Below are positions 23,741 to 35,229 of a stretch of DNA of 64,000 nucleotides, piece after piece. The stretch comes from an uncultured virus (IMG/VR IMGVR_UViG_3300042691_011955). Taxonomy: Duplodnaviria; Heunggongvirae; Uroviricota; Caudoviricetes. The position numbers and the translations under genes were made by a program. The DNA lies in IMG/VR virus record IMGVR_UViG_3300042691_011955; one strand, given 5' to 3'. The stretch's first letter is position 1. Each line of letters starts with the position of its first letter. Under the pieces are notes generated by a model that saw only the letters and a program-made list of their open reading frames with translations, was not told where the DNA came from and did no database searches.

Positions 23741-24022
23741 CTTACTAATATCTAAACTAGAGCTAGCAGGTAAATCCCATACCTGCTTTTTTTGTACTCC
23801 GCGTTTCTGAGCAAATCTTTTAGCATCACATTTTGAGCAAACATGGAAATAGTTGTTGCTCAACCTCTTTGGATCCATACTTCCTTTTTCTCTTGAAAAT
23901 TCCGTATCACAACTATCGCACCGAAATAGAGCATAAGTTCGTTCCCTGTCATACAGATGCTCAACACCCAGTTTACTTTTACGAGTGTGTTGTGTTTTTT
24001 CAATTCTAGTGCCAATGAACAT
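23735..24022 (-). CDS. putative zinc-binding protein
   Basis: CDSC and CSKC pairs. Confidence 0.65.
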   Translation of the reverse strand: MFIGTRIEKTQHTRKSKLGVEHLYDRERTYALFRCDSCDTEFSREKGSMDPKRLSNNYFHVCSKCDAKRFAQKRGVQKKQVWDLPASSSLDISKL

Positions 24023-24108
24023 ATACTATTTACATTAAGATTATAAAATTTTACGATAAATAATTGAGCAGGAAAGAAATCCTGCTACATCTAATATCGG
24101 AGTAAAGT

Positions 24109-27100
24109 ATGGCAAGAAAAGAGATTAACATTGGCGTAGAAGGCAATGACGGCACAGGTGATAGTATCCGTGAGTCGTTTAGAAAGACCAACGAAAACTT
24201 TAATGAACTATATGCTATTTTTGGAGCAGGCGGTACTATTAGATTTACTACGCTAAGTGATACTCCTGACGGCTATGAACCTAATACTGTATTATTTGTT
24301 GATTCAAACGCTGACGGAATTAAATTTAGAGCCTTAGCTTCTAATTCAGCTGCTGATCCTACTGCCGACGATAGTATTTTAATTAGCTATGATACTCCTA
24401 ATAAAATTGTACTGTCAACATCTTTCAGAGCATTATCACAAGATTTATCACCGCAATTAGGCGGTCCTTTAGATGGAAGAAATAAAGCTATTGCTCGTAT
24501 AGCAATATCACAAGAAGCAGTTGACGAGTTTAACGCAGAACAACCTAATCCTCAAATAACCATTGACGATCTAGTTATTACCAAAGGTTACGCTGATAAT
24601 AGATATATTGCGGGTGCCTTACCAATTAGAATTCCAGACGAGCCTGCTAATGCAAGTGATTATACGTTGGTTATTGAATCTTATTCAAATGGTAATATTG
24701 TAGTTACTGGTCACGGATTTGACAATACCATTAACGGAACTCCTTACAAATTTCGAGCAGAAGATACTGATCCATCCGGAATAGTAACTGATACAACTTA
24801 TTATTTACGGTATGCTACAGCAAATCAATTAAGTGTACATGCTACCAGAGCCGATGCTACTGTTCTAAGTCAGTCCGATGCCAATACAAATAAGATATTC
24901 ATTACGGGTACTATTGGTGTAGATGATGAGCATATTTTTGTTGATGCTGCATACGACTCAAACTTACAAGGATTTTATCTAGCTAATCAAGCAATACCTA
25001 GAAAATCAGTAGTTCGCCGTCAGGGTGATAAGATGACTGGACCGTTGATACTGCATGACAGCCCAGGCGAACTTGCAGGGCTAGCCAGCAGCGATGAAGA
25101 TTTACAAGCAGCAACTAAATTTTATGTTGACAATACCAGTTATGCTAGTATCAGTAACTTATATGTAACTACGCAGGGCGACGATAGAATGACAGGAGTG
25201 CCAGCTGGTAAAGCAGGAACTTCTTGGAGTTATGCGTATAGAACTATTAACGCAGCAGCTCGGCGAGCTGAAGAAATTATTCAAGCATCTGAAGCTGAAC
25301 CCGGTCCGTACATGCAGACTATTACTCGAGACGGCGGCACAACACCAGCTGAAGTACTTGAAGCTGCCATTGTTACTCCTGTGTTTAATCAAGCAAGGTA
25401 TTTGATCGAACAAAATAGAGCGTTTGTTGTTAGTGAAGTTACAGGTTACTTACAATTTAAATATCCTAATTTTGATTATAATATTGAAACTTGCGAACGT
25501 GATCTAGGTTTGATTTTAGATTCTATTGCATTTGATATTAATAGAGGACCCGCAGTTGATGCTACAGCTAACTACCTAACAAGATTGGCTGCTGAAAGAT
25601 ATTATGCTAATGCAAGTGCTATTGTAGCAATTACAAGACAATTAACAGAAACTGTTGATGCTATTAATACTGCAAGAGATATGATTGCAGCAGTTCTGTT
25701 AAATCGTCCATATTTACAAAGACCAATATCAAATATTACACAAGCAGCTATAGCAAGAGTTACTACTAGCGTTTCACATAATCTAGTAAGCGGTAATCAG
25801 GTGATTATTAAAAATGTATCTGGTATGACACAGGTCAACGAGAACGTTTATTATGTAAGAGTAGTAAGCCCAAATCAATTTGAGTTATTCACTGATCGAA
25901 CACTATTAACCGCAGTAAATTCATTATCTTTTACAGCATATAGTTCGGGCGGTATAATTGGTATTAGATATCAAGACGACGAAGGTCAATTTTTTGATAT
26001 TGGTAATGATGCTGACGCAACATCAAGAACTGCTATCAGTGATAAGTTTAATTTAGTTACCAACATTATCCAGAACGGTATTAATGCTGGTGCATTAGTA
26101 GTATATGGTAGTACATACAAAGTTGTTGTTAATAACGGCGGTCTTAGTGCAATTGACCAAGGTGTAGGCAATAACGTAGACTTATTACCAGGAAAAATAC
26201 TAGTTGGTAAAATATCAGGCGCACAAGGACGTATTGTTAGCTTAACAACTAATGATCCAGCCGAAGGCGGCCAAGATAAAATTCTTGTGCATTTAATAAA
26301 GCCTATTGATTTTATACCAGGTGAAGATCTAGAGTTTGATAATTTTGTTAAACGCAAACAGATTACGATTTTTATTGAATCAGGTATTTATGAAGAAGAC
26401 TACCCTATTAAAGTTGCTGCCAACGTTTCAGTTGTGGGTGATGAATTTCGTCGCGTAATTATAAGACCAAATCGTCGAGTATCTCAATCACCTTGGGCAA
26501 GTACTTACTTCTACAGAGATTTAGAATTTGATGGTATACCGCTGGTTACAGGAGGTAATAGATTCTATAACCAAGTAGGCGAAATACAAGGTAGATTTGG
26601 ATATCATTACTTAGAAAATCCAACCAAAGTTAAAAACACAGGCACGTCTGTTGTAAACCCAGGAAAATTTTCAACAGCCTCAAACATTCTTCAAGAAAAT
26701 AAAAAGTTTATACAAGAAGAAGTAATTGCGTATATCAATCAAAACTTCCAAGATTTGCTCTACGACAAAATTCAGTTTGCTAGCGACTTTGGAGAAATAC
26801 TTGACGGCATTACCTATGACATAGTATTAGGTACAAATTACAATCAAGTACTAGAAGGATTAAAATTTTCTCGTGCAGGCAGTATATACAGAGATTCATA
26901 TCTAAGAGAACTTTGGGTAGATGCATTAATTAGAGCTAGAAATCTTGTTTCAGCATTACCAGCAGTTATTAGTAGTGCAACTGCAACTACTAGATCAAAC
27001 ACAGCGTTTAATGAAATAATTGATATTATTCAAAACGGTGTTGTTAGTACTGAGACTGCGGCAAATGCATTAACATTTAGTCCTATTGACAGTACCTTAC

Positions 27101-30100
27101 AAGATCAAATTGATGCAAAGAATCAATTGCAGGCAAATAGAAACTTCATTGCTGCTGAGATTACTGCATACATAGCTGTAAACTTTCCTAGGTTAGAATA
27201 CAATTCAACTAAGTGTGCAAGGGATGTTAAGTATATAGTTGATGCATTAAGCTATGATGTGATGTATGGAGGTAACTTTGCTACTAGACAATCTGCAATT
27301 AGTTACTTTGTTAATGCAGTAAGTCAGTTAGGATTAAATCAAAGATCTTTTACTGTTGATGCGTACGAGCATTTGTCAGGAGTAGTAGCAGACATAGTTC
27401 GTGGTATTGCTATAGTACCAACTTCAGGAAATGTATTGTCACAGACTGGCGTAGGATCTAACCCAGCTAGTACAACAGAATCAACAATAGTAACTAATTT
27501 AGTTAATATTATTAAAAATCAAATTAATAATAATAATTTGCTAACATTGCCTAGCGCCGTGTATCCTTCATTAACAAGTGCAAACGTAACCTTACTTGAT
27601 GTAAAAACTGCAATCAACGGCAGTACTAATACTATTGTTTCTGATGTAATCAGTACACTTGATGGTATTGCTGTATACTCATACAATCAGGCAAAGTGTC
27701 GTCGAGACGTTGGATTAATCGTTAATGCACTAGCAGATGATTTAAAGCTAGGCGGTGATGAGTTTTCTACAGAAGTACAAGGAGAATATTTTAGAAGCTA
27801 TATTCAAAAGTATAATAACGACGGATTTGGTGGACAAGAAAATGTTACCAAAGGCGCTATTAGATATATTTCAGAAATTGCTGCTAGACTATTTGACGGT
27901 GCATACGATGCCGGCGCTATCCAACAAAATCCTCTAGCTGTTAATTATGTTGCTCCTGACTTTGAATATGGAGTAGCAGAAAATGATACAGATAATATAA
28001 TAAGCAATTTAATTGAAAAGATTGTTTTTGTTTTTGATCCTAGATATAATCCTCCAAAACGAAATGACGAAGTAGATGTGTTTTTAATGAACGATGCTAC
28101 AATTTTACGTAACATGACAGTTCAGGGGCACGGCGGATTTATGTGTACTCTTGATCCAGACGGTCAAATATTAACTAAGTCACCTTACATACAGACAGGA
28201 TCTTCATTCTCACAAACATTAAATCGCAAACGTTTTGCTGGCGGTATGTTTGTTGATGCATATGTAGGTAACTTACCAGCTGAGATAACTGGAAAAATTA
28301 ATGCGTTTACTCTTACAATTCGCAGCGAAGAAACTCAAGGTCTAAGAATTCGACCACCCCAGTTACCATGTCCATTCTACATAGAAGGCAGACGCTATCA
28401 AGTTAATGCAATTTCTGATTATGACCAAGCACAAGGTACTGCAACTATCTATCTAGATGCTACATCTAACGCAGGTGTTGGATATCTAGAAAGTCAATTT
28501 GAAGAAGACACTGGACAAGTAGAACGTCCGTTATATTTACAAACTGCTGGTAATCGTTCGATGCTGGGCAATGACTTTACACAGATTAATGACCTTGGTT
28601 ACGGCTTAGTAACTAACAATGGCGCATTCTCTGAAATGGTGTCAATGTTTACCTATTATTGTCAAGCAGCCTACTATGCTAAGAACGGATCAGAAATTCG
28701 TTCACTAAACGGTTCTAACGGTTATGGTAACTTTGGTCTTGTGTCAGAAGGCGCAGATCCTAACGAAATTCCTGATCAGGTTACATTAGAATTTCCTATG
28801 ACTGCTCCAGCTAGAACGCTTCGATTCCCTCAAGGAGTTGACAATCTCGGTGCACCTACTAATTTTACAAACGTAGAAGCAGCAAATAGCATAGTAGTAA
28901 CAGATGTACCATATGCTCCACTAACTGGTTCTGTGGTTACAATTAATCACGGCGGTACAGTAGGAACCTTACAGTATAACGTTTCTGTTGTTAGGTATTT
29001 AGGAGACGGTAATCAATCTGGAGACGTAGTTCTAACAGGTATACAATCTGTTAGTTCTGTAGCTGGTAATGCTTCTAGAACTCCTGGAACATATACTGGC
29101 AAAGTAGGTACTGGTGGTACACCTACTGTACAAGCAACATATACTATAGTAATAGTGCCTGGCGGAGCAACTACAGTAACCGTTGAAGGCTGTGGTGAAG
29201 GATATGCTATTGGTAATACTATTACTATTGCTAATACACAGTTTGGAGGTACAGGAACTGCAATTACATTTACGGTTGCATCAATTTACGGCAACGACGG
29301 TGTAACAGCATTACCTGCTAGTGTATATAATAATAAGGTATATAGATTACAAATAAGCGGACAACCTAACGGTACTAACGGAGATTTCTACTCAGCAATT
29401 AAGGCTGATGTAGCCAACGGAGTACTAGTTGAATATCGTAACGGCGGAACTCATATATTTGACAGCGTTAAGGATACTTCAAGATTAGTTACTAGACCAA
29501 GTACAGCTATTAACTTTGACGAGAGTGACAATGTTACTTACAGAAGTATTGGTTTCAGTGCATTTAATTCACTAGGTTTACCTTTAGACAGTAATTCTAT
29601 TCAGACAACTTTTGAAGTTAGTTACGATCATATTGAGTTGTACGTTGAAGCAGCGAACGTTACCAGTACAACTGGTGGAACTATTGGTAATACACAAATT
29701 AAAATTAATCCAGATAAAGAAGGATTCGGATTACTTGCAGATGAACTTGCAAGAATTACTAGAGACGTTGCTGGTAGATTGCCTGGAGCTCCAGGCTATA
29801 GTGGTGGTATGGTGTTTACATGGGCAGGTAGAACACATCAAATTATAAATTATACCCCAGTTGATACAGACGAAGCTATACTTACTATAAGCAGTACAAA
29901 CATACATAATCTTGCAGGCGCAGGCACAGGCATTGCTGAAGCGTTTACTACCGATAAAGTATTACGTGCTGGTTTGCCTGTAGGCAGTACTGCTGAGATA
30001 ACTATTGCTATTTCATTGTGCCGCGCTACAGGTCACGATTTTACACAAATTGGTACTGGTGGATTTAATACATCTAACTATCCTAATGTAATTTTAGGTG

Positions 30101-33100
30101 ATCCATTAGGCTCTCTTGCACCTGCTTATGTAGATTCTCCTAATGCCACATCAGGACAAGTTTACGAAAAACGAAAAGGTCGTGTATTTTGGATGAGTAC
30201 TGACCAATTTGGATTCTTCCGAGTTGGTAAGTTCTTTGAAGTTGATCAAGGCCAGGGTAGTATTAAGTTCTCAGGTGACATTGGTATTACTGGTGCAACA
30301 GCATTAGGATTTAAGAAAGGTGTTACTATTGATGAATTCTCCATTGACGATACAATGGCAGATGAGTCAGATACAAAAGTACCTGTTGAAAAGGCTATCG
30401 TTAGTTACATTAACAGACGATTAGGCAGAGATAGAAATGACACTAACATATCTAACAAAATTGGTCCAGGATTCTTACCGCTAAGTGGTACCGCAGAAAT
30501 GCAAGGAAACTTGCTGATGGGTAACCAAAAAATTACTAACTTAGGTGATCCAGGAGTTGATCCTACCGCGGCTGTTAATAAAGCCTACGTTGACGATGCG
30601 GTATCTAGTTTTGATACCTTAGAAGATCAACGAAACATTAGCTTCAACAGAATTGAATCTGGTGATATTTTAGTTGGTACTGGTTTGAAAAAGATATTTG
30701 TAACACCTCCAAGCGGTGGTGTTTTTGTTGCTGGTGATACTATTACAGATATTTCTGCAAGTAAATCTGGAACAGTAGTTGATGTACAAGAAGTTACAGA
30801 CGAAATTTTAGGTTCTGCGCCAGGGTACGATCTAACTATAATTACATACCTACCAGTAACTAATTCTTTTAACCTAGGTGAAGACGTTGTTAAGGGTGCT
30901 ATTTCAGCTAACATAGTAGACGGTCCTATTGATGAAGTTGCTAATGCAAGAGAATCAACCAACAGCGTTATTAATATAACTGTATCAAGAACAGCGGCAG
31001 TATATCAAGACGGTTTAACTGTTCCAATCGCACAACTTAATCTTCAAATAGAAAATGATTCAATAGTTAATGCTGACATTAATGCTAATGCAAGTATTCA
31101 GCAAAGTAAACTATTAATGGAAAGAGCAAGACCATTATCAGCTAGTACTGGTTTATATGGTGTGAACAATGCAGTTGGACAAACTGACAGAGGTTTATCA
31201 GCATACGATGCTAAAAACTTTACAGAAGAGCTGCAAGTAACATTGGCAAATTCTGTCTCTGCTAATGCTGGAGATATATTATACCAAGGAACTTCAAAAG
31301 GTGTAGTAGTAAACACGATTGTTAATAACACTACTGTAATAATTAAAACTTCGGACACTTGGGCTACTAGTCCAACTGTATTAACCAAAGCAATATTCAC
31401 TAACGGTATAGAACAAACTCCTACTACATTAACTGGGGTCAATGTAACAGCCGTTAATCGTAGTGCATATATAGGTTTAAAAGAAAGAAGTATTGGACTT
31501 GATAAACACGAACCAATTTCAACTGATACTGTATTGGGAAGATTTACTCCTGGAACAGGAGCAGTTGAACTAGTACCATTTGATACCATTGTTGATCAAG
31601 GCTTCGCTGTTCAGGATAAAGATTTTACAAACAGTGAAATTACTCAACTAACAGGTCAGCGACTTGTGTTTACTAGTGAACTAAGCGTAGCAGATGGCGC
31701 TTCTGTAACACAAGCAGGTAGCGGTGCAACTGGTACTGTACAAGGACAAACATTTAGTGAAACATCATTTATTGTTGTAAACATTACTGGTGCGTTCAAC
31801 AACAGTGGCATTGTAACTGTTGGCGGAGTAGCAGTAGGAATTCCTACTCCGGCATCAATAAGTCTTGCTGGTAAAGCAATGGTACAGATAGCCGACGGCA
31901 TTTATGGAACTACTAGTATATCAACAGGTTCATCTAACAATAGTATTGTAAGAAGAACTGGTGATGGTAAAATACAAGCTGAAGCATTTATTATTGGCGG
32001 TACGCCAAGTCAAGAAATACTAAGTCAAAGTGGCGGTGTATTATCATTTAAAACTCCTGTGCAAGGCGTTATATTAACAGCCGCAGGCGGTAGTGGCGGT
32101 GGAAGTCCTACATATCCAGTTGTTCAAATGCCGGGTTCATTAAACGTTGGAGTTGAACTGTTTAGTGGATTAGTTAACACCACACAAGGAACTGCACAAT
32201 CTAACATTGCTGGACTAACTGGAAAAGGCTTTGTAAGTGCTCCGTGGATGTACAGTAACTTTATCCAAGCATTAGATAATAAAGGAACAGCAAACACTAC
32301 AGGCATTTCTCTTGGTGCTACATCTGGATTTACAAGTTCTGCACTCAGCACACTAGTATTGGTTGCAAACGGTTCAGAAGCTATCAAAGTTAACAGTACA
32401 GAGTCTCAGTTCTTTGGTAATGTAAAAGTTTCCAGTGGAGGCCTAGATAGATTTGTTATTACAGCATCTAGTGGAAACACTGCTGTTGGAGGCACTCTAG
32501 GTGTTGGTGGAAACTTTGCAGTAGCTACTACTAAATTTACTGTAGCAAGTGCTAGTGGTGATACAGCAATTGCAGGTAATCTAAGTGTTACAGGCACCTT
32601 GGGTATAACTAGTAACACAACATTAACAGGAAATCTAACTGTTAATGGTAACACTATTATTGGTGATGCTAATACTGATACTGTGACTTTTACTGCTAGG
32701 GCTGCAAGTGATCTTGTACCAAGTACTAATAATGCAAACAATCTAGGAAGCGGTTTATTAAAATGGAATACTGTATATGCTACTACATTTGACGGTACTG
32801 CATTAACTGCTCGTTATGCTGACTTAGCTGAAAACTATCAAGCAGATGCTGCATACGAACCAGGCACTGTGCTGATATTTGGCGGTGATGCTGAAGTTAC
32901 TATAACTACCATTAAAGACGATCATAGAGTAGCAGGTATTGTTTCTACAAATCCAGCATATCTAATGAACAGCAATCTACAAGGAGCCAATGTTGTTTCA
33001 GTGGCACTGCAAGGCCGAGTACCATGCAAAGTGTTAGGTAAGGTAAGAAAAGGTGACTTGTTAGTTTCTAGTGCAATTCCTGGATATGCTATGGTTGGAC

Positions 33101-33195
33101 AGACACCAGCAGTTGGTACTGTAATAGGTAAGGCTCTTGAAAATAAAGACAGTGAAGGTAAAGGTATTATTGAAGCTGTAGTAGGAAGAGTATAA
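24109..33195 (+). CDS. giant tail fibre/baseplate structural protein (3028 aa)
   Basis: N-terminal NDGTGD.R..F...N.NF motif; C-terminal YADLAENY...VALQGRVPCKV domain. Confidence 0.8.
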   Translation: MARKEINIGVEGNDGTGDSIRESFRKTNENFNELYAIFGAGGTIRFTTLSDTPDGYEPNTVLFVDSNADGIKFRALASNSAADPTADDSILISYDTPNKIVLSTSFRALSQDLSPQLGGPLDGRNKAIARIAISQEAVDEFNAEQPNPQITIDDLVITKGYADNRYIAGALPIRIPDEPANASDYTLVIESYSNGNIVVTGHGFDNTINGTPYKFRAEDTDPSGIVTDTTYYLRYATANQLSVHATRADATVLSQSDANTNKIFITGTIGVDDEHIFVDAAYDSNLQGFYLANQAIPRKSVVRRQGDKMTGPLILHDSPGELAGLASSDEDLQAATKFYVDNTSYASISNLYVTTQGDDRMTGVPAGKAGTSWSYAYRTINAAARRAEEIIQASEAEPGPYMQTITRDGGTTPAEVLEAAIVTPVFNQARYLIEQNRAFVVSEVTGYLQFKYPNFDYNIETCERDLGLILDSIAFDINRGPAVDATANYLTRLAAERYYANASAIVAITRQLTETVDAINTARDMIAAVLLNRPYLQRPISNITQAAIARVTTSVSHNLVSGNQVIIKNVSGMTQVNENVYYVRVVSPNQFELFTDRTLLTAVNSLSFTAYSSGGIIGIRYQDDEGQFFDIGNDADATSRTAISDKFNLVTNIIQNGINAGALVVYGSTYKVVVNNGGLSAIDQGVGNNVDLLPGKILVGKISGAQGRIVSLTTNDPAEGGQDKILVHLIKPIDFIPGEDLEFDNFVKRKQITIFIESGIYEEDYPIKVAANVSVVGDEFRRVIIRPNRRVSQSPWASTYFYRDLEFDGIPLVTGGNRFYNQVGEIQGRFGYHYLENPTKVKNTGTSVVNPGKFSTASNILQENKKFIQEEVIAYINQNFQDLLYDKIQFASDFGEILDGITYDIVLGTNYNQVLEGLKFSRAGSIYRDSYLRELWVDALIRARNLVSALPAVISSATATTRSNTAFNEIIDIIQNGVVSTETAANALTFSPIDSTLQDQIDAKNQLQANRNFIAAEITAYIAVNFPRLEYNSTKCARDVKYIVDALSYDVMYGGNFATRQSAISYFVNAVSQLGLNQRSFTVDAYEHLSGVVADIVRGIAIVPTSGNVLSQTGVGSNPASTTESTIVTNLVNIIKNQINNNNLLTLPSAVYPSLTSANVTLLDVKTAINGSTNTIVSDVISTLDGIAVYSYNQAKCRRDVGLIVNALADDLKLGGDEFSTEVQGEYFRSYIQKYNNDGFGGQENVTKGAIRYISEIAARLFDGAYDAGAIQQNPLAVNYVAPDFEYGVAENDTDNIISNLIEKIVFVFDPRYNPPKRNDEVDVFLMNDATILRNMTVQGHGGFMCTLDPDGQILTKSPYIQTGSSFSQTLNRKRFAGGMFVDAYVGNLPAEITGKINAFTLTIRSEETQGLRIRPPQLPCPFYIEGRRYQVNAISDYDQAQGTATIYLDATSNAGVGYLESQFEEDTGQVERPLYLQTAGNRSMLGNDFTQINDLGYGLVTNNGAFSEMVSMFTYYCQAAYYAKNGSEIRSLNGSNGYGNFGLVSEGADPNEIPDQVTLEFPMTAPARTLRFPQGVDNLGAPTNFTNVEAANSIVVTDVPYAPLTGSVVTINHGGTVGTLQYNVSVVRYLGDGNQSGDVVLTGIQSVSSVAGNASRTPGTYTGKVGTGGTPTVQATYTIVIVPGGATTVTVEGCGEGYAIGNTITIANTQFGGTGTAITFTVASIYGNDGVTALPASVYNNKVYRLQISGQPNGTNGDFYSAIKADVANGVLVEYRNGGTHIFDSVKDTSRLVTRPSTAINFDESDNVTYRSIGFSAFNSLGLPLDSNSIQTTFEVSYDHIELYVEAANVTSTTGGTIGNTQIKINPDKEGFGLLADELARITRDVAGRLPGAPGYSGGMVFTWAGRTHQIINYTPVDTDEAILTISSTNIHNLAGAGTGIAEAFTTDKVLRAGLPVGSTAEITIAISLCRATGHDFTQIGTGGFNTSNYPNVILGDPLGSLAPAYVDSPNATSGQVYEKRKGRVFWMSTDQFGFFRVGKFFEVDQGQGSIKFSGDIGITGATALGFKKGVTIDEFSIDDTMADESDTKVPVEKAIVSYINRRLGRDRNDTNISNKIGPGFLPLSGTAEMQGNLLMGNQKITNLGDPGVDPTAAVNKAYVDDAVSSFDTLEDQRNISFNRIESGDILVGTGLKKIFVTPPSGGVFVAGDTITDISASKSGTVVDVQEVTDEILGSAPGYDLTIITYLPVTNSFNLGEDVVKGAISANIVDGPIDEVANARESTNSVINITVSRTAAVYQDGLTVPIAQLNLQIENDSIVNADINANASIQQSKLLMERARPLSASTGLYGVNNAVGQTDRGLSAYDAKNFTEELQVTLANSVSANAGDILYQGTSKGVVVNTIVNNTTVIIKTSDTWATSPTVLTKAIFTNGIEQTPTTLTGVNVTAVNRSAYIGLKERSIGLDKHEPISTDTVLGRFTPGTGAVELVPFDTIVDQGFAVQDKDFTNSEITQLTGQRLVFTSELSVADGASVTQAGSGATGTVQGQTFSETSFIVVNITGAFNNSGIVTVGGVAVGIPTPASISLAGKAMVQIADGIYGTTSISTGSSNNSIVRRTGDGKIQAEAFIIGGTPSQEILSQSGGVLSFKTPVQGVILTAAGGSGGGSPTYPVVQMPGSLNVGVELFSGLVNTTQGTAQSNIAGLTGKGFVSAPWMYSNFIQALDNKGTANTTGISLGATSGFTSSALSTLVLVANGSEAIKVNSTESQFFGNVKVSSGGLDRFVITASSGNTAVGGTLGVGGNFAVATTKFTVASASGDTAIAGNLSVTGTLGITSNTTLTGNLTVNGNTIIGDANTDTVTFTARAASDLVPSTNNANNLGSGLLKWNTVYATTFDGTALTARYADLAENYQADAAYEPGTVLIFGGDAEVTITTIKDDHRVAGIVSTNPAYLMNSNLQGANVVSVALQGRVPCKVLGKVRKGDLLVSSAIPGYAMVGQTPAVGTVIGKALENKDSEGKGIIEAVVGRV

Positions 33196-33228
33196 TGACC
33201 GATAAATATAATGTAACAGGACAAAAAA

Positions 33229-34479
33229 ATGGCTAATAAGTTTCCCTTAATATTTGACACCACTGACGGCAACAAGATTAAAGAGTTACCCAGCGGTGAT
33301 AATTTAAATCTTCAAGGCAGTAGTATTGTTGACGTTGTTAATGTTAATGCTTCGGGCACTTTGCAAGCAAATACTTTGTCAGTGCAGTCTATAAGCGTAG
33401 GTGGAAGCAATCTCGCTAGTGTAGCGTTATCTGGAAATTATAATTCACTAATTAATAAACCTAATATTTTTAGTGGTGACTATAACGATCTTAATAATCG
33501 TCCAGTAATTTTCTCTGGCAGTTATATTGATTTAACTAACAAGCCTGTAATACCTACCGCAGTGTCACAACTAACTAACGATGCAGGATATGTTACAAGT
33601 GTTACAGCTACCGTTCCTGCTTCAAATGTAGTTGGACTAGCTGATGTAGCTGTTACAAATGATTATAATGATTTAGATAACTTACCAGATGTAATTCTTA
33701 GAAGCGAATTTACAAGCGGTGCATTAACTATTGATGTTACTAACACTGGTAATTTGACAGGTAGTGTGTTTTCAGATTCGAATGTTTTATTAGTGGATCA
33801 CATAAATTCTATCATTCCAGCTAGTGTGCTATCTGGGACTGCCGGCATAGATATTAACAGTGTTGGAAATAGTGCATTTAATCAAATGAGTGCAGTAAGA
33901 CTTTCAGTGGCACTTGCAACATTCGAAGATATTAAACTAGAAGGAAACTTAACAGCTGACGATTCTAGTTTAATTATAGACGGAACTACTAAACGAATTT
34001 TTGGTAGTTTCAACGGCCCGTTAGATGGTAATATTAATAGAGCAGGTTCAGAATTATTAGTAACTGCTGTAGGAGGCATTACATTATCCCCAGCGGGAGT
34101 ATTAAACGTACCCAATGCTACGGATATCTCATTGAGTGGTACTGGTGATATGCAACTATCAGGTTCTACCGAAATTGGTATTCAAAGTAGTGCTGGGCCA
34201 GTTCAAGTTACTTCATTTACTGAAACTGACATATCATCAACTAGTTCATTTGTTCGATTAAAAGCGCAAACTAATTTGACGCTAGAAGGTAATACAATAA
34301 TTTTTAAACCTTTGAAAGCAAAGCCTACAACAAGGTTTGGGGCGGTTGGCGACACAGCAGGAGAAATTCGCATAGACAGTAGTACTGGATTTACATACAT
34401 TTATTATTGTGTTAAAGATTACACTGATGGAATTGATGGTATTTGGACAAGAACAATTATGGATACTTTCTGGCCATGA
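33229..34479 (+). CDS. tail-associated structural protein
   Basis: SG.Y.DL.NKP repeats; late motif upstream. Confidence 0.7.
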   Translation: MANKFPLIFDTTDGNKIKELPSGDNLNLQGSSIVDVVNVNASGTLQANTLSVQSISVGGSNLASVALSGNYNSLINKPNIFSGDYNDLNNRPVIFSGSYIDLTNKPVIPTAVSQLTNDAGYVTSVTATVPASNVVGLADVAVTNDYNDLDNLPDVILRSEFTSGALTIDVTNTGNLTGSVFSDSNVLLVDHINSIIPASVLSGTAGIDINSVGNSAFNQMSAVRLSVALATFEDIKLEGNLTADDSSLIIDGTTKRIFGSFNGPLDGNINRAGSELLVTAVGGITLSPAGVLNVPNATDISLSGTGDMQLSGSTEIGIQSSAGPVQVTSFTETDISSTSSFVRLKAQTNLTLEGNTIIFKPLKAKPTTRFGAVGDTAGEIRIDSSTGFTYIYYCVKDYTDGIDGIWTRTIMDTFWP

Positions 34480-34492
34480 TAAGGAATTTAAA

Positions 34493-35188
34493 ATGACTAT
34501 AAATTATATTGATGTAGGTATTGTTGCTAACGATGGCACCGGTGATGATCTCCGTGAGGCATTTATAAAAGTTAACGATAACTTTCAAGAACTAGATTTA
34601 AGAATTGTTGAAGAAACTGTTATAGACAATGCAGGAGTTTTAGGTGTAGGTATATATGCTGGAAAAATTGATGGAGAAAATATATTTAAACGTCTCCTGG
34701 CTGGCTCTAATATAAACTTAAATCAAAACGCTAACACTATTACAATCAATGCTAATGACAGCTTAGACCAATTAATTGTTGTATCAGACAGTGGTACTGT
34801 TACGATTTCAAGAGGACAAACACTATCAATACAAGGTGGCCAAGGAATTAACACTAGAGTTAATGGTCAGCAGCTGATAGTTGACCTAGACAATAATGGA
34901 ATTCTAGTTAAAGATTTAACTCCTACCCTAGCTGGTAACTTAAATGCTAACAACAAGAACATACAGAATGCCAACACAATTTCTGCAACTACATTCAGCG
35001 GAGAATTACAAGGCAACGTATACGGATTTGATGTTCGAGATTTTGGTCCTTACTTAACTGGTTTTGACTTTGGTGAATTTAGAGCAGTTTATACTAATTC
35101 GCTTCAATTTATTATGCGTAAAGTAGACGTTGACTTTGGTCCTTTTGACCCACCTAGCGGAGATACTGTAGACCTGGGTGGTTTTTGA
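34493..35188 (+). CDS. baseplate/tail protein
   Basis: ANDGTGDDLREAFIKVNDNF N-terminal motif. Confidence 0.7.
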   Translation: MTINYIDVGIVANDGTGDDLREAFIKVNDNFQELDLRIVEETVIDNAGVLGVGIYAGKIDGENIFKRLLAGSNINLNQNANTITINANDSLDQLIVVSDSGTVTISRGQTLSIQGGQGINTRVNGQQLIVDLDNNGILVKDLTPTLAGNLNANNKNIQNANTISATTFSGELQGNVYGFDVRDFGPYLTGFDFGEFRAVYTNSLQFIMRKVDVDFGPFDPPSGDTVDLGGF

Positions 35189-35229
35189 ATCCGTTGTTTC
35201 CGATAAATACGCTATATAGGATATAAAAT

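Noticed and set aside
30627..33275. Long antisense ORFs inside the giant tail gene (also inside 57060-61598 and clpA)
   Set aside because: Expected shadows from the codon bias of Gly/Thr/Ser-rich genes
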